Assembly: GCA_945860545.1 (NCBI GenBank)
Contig: CAMAQM010000002.1
Coordinates: forward strand, 57,942-121,941
Origin: Bifidobacterium breve
Lineage (GTDB): Bacteria > Actinomycetota > Acidimicrobiia > Acidimicrobiales > Acidimicrobilacustridaceae
Direction of reading: 5' to 3'
DNA: 64,000 bases
Part shown: in pieces, positions 58,244-64,000 of the stretch
Numbering within the stretch: the stretch's first letter is position 1
Layout of the letters: each line of letters begins with the position of its first letter
Position numbers and translations under genes: made by a program
Notes under the pieces: generated by a model
Database searches by the model: none
The model's input: only the letters and a program-made list of their open reading frames with translations
What the model was told of the DNA's origin: nothing

Positions 58244-59848
58244 ATGGCACTTGAGGTAGATCACGACAGGGACCACCTGCATTCTCTCGGTTACGCCCAA
58301 GAGCTCAAGCGCGGTCTCGGAACGTTCAGCAACTTCGCCATCAGTTTCTCGATCATTTCGATCCTCGCCGGTGGTTTCACGAGTTACTGGATTGGGGTCA
58401 CGTTCGGTGGGCCGCTGGTGGTCACACTGGGCTGGCTCGTCGTTGGTGCCATGGCGTTGCTCGTCGGAATGGCGATGGGGGAGATCTGCTCTGCGTACCC
58501 AACTGCGGGAGGCCTGTACTTCTGGTCGGCCAAGTTGGCTCGTCGCAACGGCCCGGCGTGGAGTTGGTTCACCGGCTGGTTCAACTTCATTGGCCAGATC
58601 GGGGTGATCGCCAGTGTCGACTATGCGCTGGCGAACTACGCAGTGGCGTTCATCAACCTCTATGCCACCGACCCCAACGCTCCGATCATCGAACCGACGG
58701 CGGGCAACTTGTTCGTCGTGTTCGTGTGCATACTCGCCCTCCACGGGCTGCTCAACACGTTCGGCGTCGGCCTGGTGCGGATCCTTGGGAACGTCAGTGT
58801 TTGGTGGCACGTCGCAGGTGTGCTCGTTATCTGTGGGGTGCTGTTCATCGGACCCGACCAGCACCAGGACCTGAGTTACCTGTTCGAGTTCCAGAACAAC
58901 AGTGCGTGGTCGGGTGGGCTCAGCACCATCTACGTGTTCCTCCTCGGTTTCTTGTTGGCCCAGTACACGATCACCGGGTTCGACGCGTCCGCTCACGTGT
59001 CCGAGGAGACCCGCAACGCCCGCACCGCCGCCCCCAAGGCCATCGTGCGGTCCATCTGGATCTCGGCCATCGCTGCGCTTGTGCTCAACGTGGCGTTCCT
59101 GCTCGCCACCCCCGCCGACCTCGTCCGGATTGACGCCAGTGAGTACGGCATCACCTTCCCAGTGGTGATCTTCACCTCGGTGTTGGGCACCACTGCAGCA
59201 AAGGTGCTGGTGTTCATCACGGTGGCGGGCCAGTTCTTCTGTGGCATGGCGTCGGTGACCGCCAACAGCCGAATGATCTACGCCTTCAGTCGGGACGGCG
59301 GGCTTCCGGGCTCGAAGCTCTGGCACCGGATCAACCCGCGGACCCGCACCCCGACGAACGCCGTCTGGTTGGGGGTCGTCGTGGCTGCGGCCACCGGGGC
59401 GTTGTCGTTGTTGCAGTACGACGGGGTGTCCACGGCGTTCTTCGCCCTGACGGGGATCTGCGTCGTCGGGCTCTACATCAGTTACGTCATCCCGGTGTTC
59501 CTACGGCTCCGTAACCCCGATTTTGAACAAGGCCCCTGGAACCTCGGCCGCTTCAGCCACGTCGTCGGGTGGATCGCTGTGTGCTGGGTGGTGTTCATCA
59601 GTCTGCTGTTCGTCGCACCCCTGTTCCCGCAGTGGCAATGGTGGAATCCCGCCGACGTCAACACCGCCAACTTCGCCGGTCCGTTGATCCTGTTGTCGTT
59701 CCTGTTCGTCGGTGGCTGGTGGTTGCTGTCGGCTCGCAAGTGGTTCACCGGCCCGAAGGTCCAGGGCTCACCAGAAGAACTCCTGGCCATCGAGCGGGAA
59801 CTCGACGCGCTCGAACACGGTGGTGCAGTTGTGTCGGTGCAACGCTGA
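58244..59848 (+). CDS. APC superfamily amino acid permease
   Basis: Twelve-span-type hydrophobic pattern, with N-terminal GTFSNFAISFSIISILAGG and GEICSAYPTAGGLYFW. GGGAGG precedes ATG 58244. Confidence 0.85.
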   Translation: MALEVDHDRDHLHSLGYAQELKRGLGTFSNFAISFSIISILAGGFTSYWIGVTFGGPLVVTLGWLVVGAMALLVGMAMGEICSAYPTAGGLYFWSAKLARRNGPAWSWFTGWFNFIGQIGVIASVDYALANYAVAFINLYATDPNAPIIEPTAGNLFVVFVCILALHGLLNTFGVGLVRILGNVSVWWHVAGVLVICGVLFIGPDQHQDLSYLFEFQNNSAWSGGLSTIYVFLLGFLLAQYTITGFDASAHVSEETRNARTAAPKAIVRSIWISAIAALVLNVAFLLATPADLVRIDASEYGITFPVVIFTSVLGTTAAKVLVFITVAGQFFCGMASVTANSRMIYAFSRDGGLPGSKLWHRINPRTRTPTNAVWLGVVVAAATGALSLLQYDGVSTAFFALTGICVVGLYISYVIPVFLRLRNPDFEQGPWNLGRFSHVVGWIAVCWVVFISLLFVAPLFPQWQWWNPADVNTANFAGPLILLSFLFVGGWWLLSARKWFTGPKVQGSPEELLAIERELDALEHGGAVVSVQR

Positions 59849-59937
59849 ATGCTGGTCGGATCCGGAGTCCCGGGACCCCGGTAACGGTCAACCGAGTGTG
59901 CCTCCCGCTCACCACCGGCGTCGTGACACGGGATCGG

Positions 59938-61179
59938 TTAGACGCTGGCTGTGACCTCTCGGAAGCGACCGGCCACGACGTACCCGGTGACCAGCAGGGC
60001 CACCATGGCGACGGTGAGCACGGCAGCGTTGTGCGCGTAGGTCAGCGCCGCGAGCACCGCTGCCGCTGCGCCGATGAGGAGGTTGCGCGCTGCGTTCATG
60101 GCACCAGACAGCGAGCCGCGGAACTCGTCGGGGACCTGCTGTTGGAGGAGGGCGGCCGGGAGGTTCTGGGTGAAGGAGATGAGTGCGCTGCCCACAAACA
60201 CGATGGCGGCGACGAGCACGGGGTAGTTGAGGATCCAGCCGCCAATGAGCGAAGGGATGGCTACGAGCGCGAGGGTGGTAAATCCGAGGTACGTGATGCG
60301 CAGTCGACGGGTGAGGTTCCCGCGTACACCGGTGATTGTCAGAGCCAGTCGGCCGAGGAGCAGGCCCATCAGCGACGACGTGAAAGCAACGGTGGTGAGT
60401 TCGGGCGCATCGAGATCGACGATGACGAGGGCGATGAACTGCGTGGGTAGTGCCGCGGCCAGCACGAGGTCGACGGTGACCGTCCGCCGAAGCGGCGGTC
60501 GGGTGCGCACGATCTGGACGAGATCGACGAGCCGTCGTTGGACCTTTTGTGATGTCGGAACCGTCACCGGCGCCACGATGGCCGCGGTCACCACGCCCAG
60601 AAGGACGCTGATTGCGCCCGAGATGACGAGGGTGGTCACCTGGTCCCCGATGAGTCCGGCGGCGACGGTTCCGACCGCGGCCCCGATGCCACTGCGCAGG
60701 ATGTTCACCGTCTCGGCGGCGCCGCGCGCATCGCTCCGCACGATGGCGGCCTGCACCTTGAGAAGCGCTGTGGTGGCGGCGCCAAAGATGATGGCATCGA
60801 GCGCTGTGGAGATGACCAGCCAGCCCACCGGCATCGGGCCGCGTGCCAAAAACCAGGCGTTGGTGGCGGTGAGCACACCGGCGGTGAGCAACGAGCCGAT
60901 GAGGAATGGTCGAGGGTCGGCCACGTCCATGTGGCGTCCGGCGACGACACTCGAGAGCGCCAGTGACAGGGCGAAGACCACGGCCACGATGCCGATGCCG
61001 AACTCGCTGCCGAGCGAGTCGGTGACGTAGCCCACCCGGGTGACTTCCCGGGCGCCGACGGTTGCGGCACTGAGGATGAATACCCCCATGAGCCACAAGA
61101 AGCGTGGCGTGGGACGCAGGAGGGCCACCGCCCCTCGTTCGTTTCCCTCGGGCGGAGAGGGGCGAACGGACGAGGTCAT
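59938..61179 (-). CDS. MFS transporter
   Basis: 413-aa polytopic protein with short basic loops between hydrophobic segments. Confidence 0.75.
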   Translation of the reverse strand: MTSSVRPSPPEGNERGAVALLRPTPRFLWLMGVFILSAATVGAREVTRVGYVTDSLGSEFGIGIVAVVFALSLALSSVVAGRHMDVADPRPFLIGSLLTAGVLTATNAWFLARGPMPVGWLVISTALDAIIFGAATTALLKVQAAIVRSDARGAAETVNILRSGIGAAVGTVAAGLIGDQVTTLVISGAISVLLGVVTAAIVAPVTVPTSQKVQRRLVDLVQIVRTRPPLRRTVTVDLVLAAALPTQFIALVIVDLDAPELTTVAFTSSLMGLLLGRLALTITGVRGNLTRRLRITYLGFTTLALVAIPSLIGGWILNYPVLVAAIVFVGSALISFTQNLPAALLQQQVPDEFRGSLSGAMNAARNLLIGAAAAVLAALTYAHNAAVLTVAMVALLVTGYVVAGRFREVTASV

Positions 61180-61231
61180 CGGGTCATAGTACGTTGTCCG
61201 TCAAAGCACAGCTGTTTGGCGGTGCAAAGGG

Positions 61232-62248
61232 ATGAGGAGAGTCGTCGTGGGACGTACCAGGCAGCAGTTGTTGCGCACGGCGGTCGTGGGTGTCGTGGTG
61301 GTCTTGCTCGCTGGTGCCTGCGGGTCGTCAGGCAACGAGGAGCCCGCCAACGAGGAATCGCGTGAGGCCGCGCTGCTCGATCAGGCCCGTACCTTGTTCC
61401 AACTGCCCGACGGCGACCCTGTCGCCGGGGTGCGGGTGGCGAACTGCCCCGGCTCCGCTGCGCGCTCGGTCTGCATGTACGTCGTCAACTCGATGTTCGA
61501 TCTCACCGGCCCCAACCAGTGGAGTCAGAACGGCAAGGTGTCGCTGACCTACTCGAACTTTGCCGCCGAGTCGGGCATCATGACCGGCGCCTATTCGCCA
61601 CCGACCTCAATGCCCAACAACCCCGACGCGTCGGTGTGGTGGCGGATGGAGTCCGAGGGCATGTTCACCGGTTCGGTCGGCACCGTGTACTACGGGGCAC
61701 CGCGGCCCTACCCGACCGGGGAGCGGGTCGGCTTCTACGGAAGCGTGCCGTACAGCGGCGGAAACACGTTTGAGTGCCGCGACGGCACCTACCTGCGCTG
61801 CCGAGTGGCTGCGGTCAGCGGTACGGAAAAGGACGCCATCGCCTTGTACGAGGTCACGAACGCGCCGGTGGTGGTGCGGATCACCAACCGGCTTGGTACT
61901 CAGGTCGCCCGGGAGGGCGAGGCCGCCACAACGTCGTTCGTGGCCGTGCCAGCCGCCGGCAATCCGACGTCGGTGGCTCCGAACGGCACCGCCTACGCCG
62001 GTGGCTATCGCTCCATCAGCCAGGACAGTCGGTACACCGCCACCTACGTCGTCGGTGACGCCGAACCTAACCTCGGTGGTGCCCGGGCGGTAGCGAACAT
62101 CATCATCGACCCCAAGACGGGTGCAGACAAGGGATCGAAGTGCGAGGTCTCGAACCCGCGCAGCACCGGAACGCAGCTCCAGTGCAAGGTCTCCGTGTCC
62201 GGTGGGGAGTCGGGTGTGGTGTACGCCGACGTCACCCTGCTCCGCTGA
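61232..62248 (+). CDS. lipoprotein of unknown function
   Basis: Lipobox VLLAGACGSS. An alternative start GTG 61247 lies behind GAGGAGA. No catalytic motif recognised. Confidence 0.6.
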   Translation: MRRVVVGRTRQQLLRTAVVGVVVVLLAGACGSSGNEEPANEESREAALLDQARTLFQLPDGDPVAGVRVANCPGSAARSVCMYVVNSMFDLTGPNQWSQNGKVSLTYSNFAAESGIMTGAYSPPTSMPNNPDASVWWRMESEGMFTGSVGTVYYGAPRPYPTGERVGFYGSVPYSGGNTFECRDGTYLRCRVAAVSGTEKDAIALYEVTNAPVVVRITNRLGTQVAREGEAATTSFVAVPAAGNPTSVAPNGTAYAGGYRSISQDSRYTATYVVGDAEPNLGGARAVANIIIDPKTGADKGSKCEVSNPRSTGTQLQCKVSVSGGESGVVYADVTLLR

Positions 62249-62321
62249 GCGTCCTGCCACCATGGCCCACGTGGGCGCTTGGGTACTATCGCCTCGTGAT
62301 CGCCGCTGACGTCGGACACCA

Positions 62322-64000
62322 ATGAGGGGCCGAGGGGTCCTGAGGTCTCGGCGGCCGTGGGTGGCGGCCGGGTCTGTGGCGCTCGCCCTCACCCTGCTCG
62401 TTCCCACCCTGTCAGCTTGTGGCGCTTCGGGTGGCAACGAGTTGGTCGTGCCCGTGTTGTGGGCGTCGGGAACCGGCGATTCGGCGAGCGGGGGCATCGA
62501 ACGAGCCCGCGTCCGGGTCGGGAACGGTGACGGCGGGTTCACCGTCGATCTCGCCGACAGCGAAGCGGAAGGCGCCGGCCCGGCGTGGCTGGCGGCGTCA
62601 GCATCGGCCGCTGCGGTGGCGACCCTCGTCAGCGGTGTCGATCCGAGCACCCTCGAGGTGAGCTTCTCGGTCACGGGGCGCATCGATGGCCCATCAGGGG
62701 GCGCCGCCCTTGCGGTCGGCGTCCTCGCCGCCATTCGAGGCCTGACCTTGCGAGACGGCGTCACCATGACCGGCACCATTTCGCCTGATGGATTCGTGGG
62801 GCGGATCGGTGCCGTCGCCACGAAGGTGCGTGCCGCAGCAGACAACGGCTTCAACGTGGTGCTCGTACCGGTGGCCAACGCCACCGACCGAGACGTCGAA
62901 ACAGGTCTGGACGTGGTGGCGCTCGGTGAGTCCCTTGGGGTGGAGGTGCGACCGGTGGTTGACCTCGGGGCAGCGGTGGCGGCGTTCACTGGTGGCCCCA
63001 TCACCGCCGGGCCGGACTCCCCACCACCGTTACGCCCCGCCGTCGAAGCTGTCGCAGCATCCACGAGCGAGGCCATGGTCGCCCGACTGGCCGACGCTCT
63101 CGCCGTCTCGAGCGCATCGTCGTCGGTCCGTGAGATCCCTGCCATCCGGCTCGCCTCGGCGCAATCAGCGCTCGCTGCAGGCAACCTCGCTGACGCCTAC
63201 GGCATCGCTACCGACGGATGGTTGCGGCTGCAGCGCAATAGCGCCTCAGAGGCGACGACCGCTGCAGCCCTTGCCAGCGGCGTTGAGACCGTGCGGGCCC
63301 GCCTGGGAAGTGAGGCCGCTTCGGTGATGGCGGCCGCCGATGCGGCACTGGATCGCGCCGGGAACGGCGACACCCTCTCTGGTGTGGCGCGTTTGAACCT
63401 TCCCGCTGCACTCGGGTGGTTGACCTACGCCCGCGCCGTCGCAGAGGCGGTGGCCTCGGTGGTCCCGACCGCGCTCGGCGCCGATCAGCTAGGTGCCCTC
63501 GCTGGCACACTCGCTGAGCAACGTGCCGAGGTGGAGGTGCTCTGGCCTGATGCTGAAGAGGCGGTGCTGGCGCTCAACGAAGGTGGCGTCCGCTTGACCG
63601 ATGACCCGGCAGCCTTTCTTGACGGCTACACCGGGCTGATCGTGTCTGCAGCGAAAGCGAACGAGACCTACCTGGCCGACGTGCTCGATACCGGTCGTGT
63701 GGGTCAGGCCGTCACCCAGACGGCGGCGGTGGCGACCACGGTCCTGTCAACCCTCGCTGAGAGCGGCGCCACTCCTGAGATTCGGGCCTCGGCGGCACTG
63801 TCGTGGTGGTTCATCACCGCCGCTGAAGTCGCCGGCCGGCAGGCGTACGGGCTCGAGGATCTCGGGATCGGGACCGGTATTGGTGCTCCCGCCAACCAGC
63901 AGGCCCTCGACACCGCCATTCGCAACGCGTCGGACACCATCACCGCGGCGGCGGGGAATCTCGACTCGCAGGGGGTCGACACCGGCTACCCGGTGTGGTC
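62322..64000 (+). CDS. lipoprotein with S16 Lon-like peptidase domain and Ala-rich helical C-terminal region (3' end outside window)
   Basis: It is not in the ORF track because it is open at the window edge; I translated it manually with no stop to 64000. Lipobox TLSACGAS. S16 context GPSGGAALAVGVLAA..TGTISPDGFVGRIGAVATKVRAAADNGFNVVLVP. Confidence 0.7.
   Translation, partial: MRGRGVLRSRRPWVAAGSVALALTLLVPTLSACGASGGNELVVPVLWASGTGDSASGGIERARVRVGNGDGGFTVDLADSEAEGAGPAWLAASASAAAVATLVSGVDPSTLEVSFSVTGRIDGPSGGAALAVGVLAAIRGLTLRDGVTMTGTISPDGFVGRIGAVATKVRAAADNGFNVVLVPVANATDRDVETGLDVVALGESLGVEVRPVVDLGAAVAAFTGGPITAGPDSPPPLRPAVEAVAASTSEAMVARLADALAVSSASSSVREIPAIRLASAQSALAAGNLADAYGIATDGWLRLQRNSASEATTAAALASGVETVRARLGSEAASVMAAADAALDRAGNGDTLSGVARLNLPAALGWLTYARAVAEAVASVVPTALGADQLGALAGTLAEQRAEVEVLWPDAEEAVLALNEGGVRLTDDPAAFLDGYTGLIVSAAKANETYLADVLDTGRVGQAVTQTAAVATTVLSTLAESGATPEIRASAALSWWFITAAEVAGRQAYGLEDLGIGTGIGAPANQQALDTAIRNASDTITAAAGNLDSQGVDTGYPVW

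Noticed and set aside
61607-63184. 525-aa minus-strand ORF spanning the lipoprotein and S16 genes
   Set aside because: It is Arg/Ala/Pro/Ser/Thr-rich with no motifs, and lies antisense to two plus-strand genes with clear lipoboxes and an S16 core. This is a typical high-GC shadow ORF.

Overview
High-GC chromosomal segment of actinobacterial type. The taxon is an inference from two WhiB genes, UPF0182, DUF2342, a PPOX-class protein, a SenX3/RegX3-like pair and GTG/TTG starts with GGAGG-type RBS; an Acidimicrobiia-like lineage is possible but cannot be shown here. Bases 1-43.7 kb look like core genome. They hold mdh, a Bacillus-type sdhCAB operon, a Mg-chelatase-like ATPase plus VWA pair, rpiA, a DrrAB-like ABC-2 exporter, two whiB genes, tatA, HtrA-like proteases, moaE, an orphan mreB and UPF0182. 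They also hold a compact phosphate block: ppk1-NUDIX, then pstSCAB-phoU-phoU-sensor kinase-response regulator, joined by overlapping stop/start codons and preceded by a PHO-box-like direct repeat. Bases 43.8-58.1 kb look accessory and mosaic. This stretch contains an initiator tRNA-Met and, 4.5 kb downstream, a diverged 63-nt copy of its 3' part. Between and around them lie a truncated integrase, an EEP nuclease/phosphatase, other gene fragments, a triple-SLH surface hydrolase and an orphan ADP-ribosylglycohydrolase behind a perfect 20-bp palindrome. The most interesting signal is here: six otherwise unrelated proteins (five with signal peptides, one a 5'-truncated fragment) all end at the extreme C-terminus in a Pro/Thr-rich linker followed by P-[S/A]-[F/Y]-T-G-stop (FTC in the fragment). 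None has the hydrophobic anchor and charged tail of a canonical sortase signal. I propose this as a candidate undescribed C-terminal sorting or attachment tag. The window ends with an APC permease, an MFS transporter and two lipoproteins, the second carrying an S16 Lon-like peptidase domain and running off the 3' edge. Many long track ORFs are antisense shadows typical of high-GC DNA and were not called. All product calls come from motif reading by eye, not from database searches.
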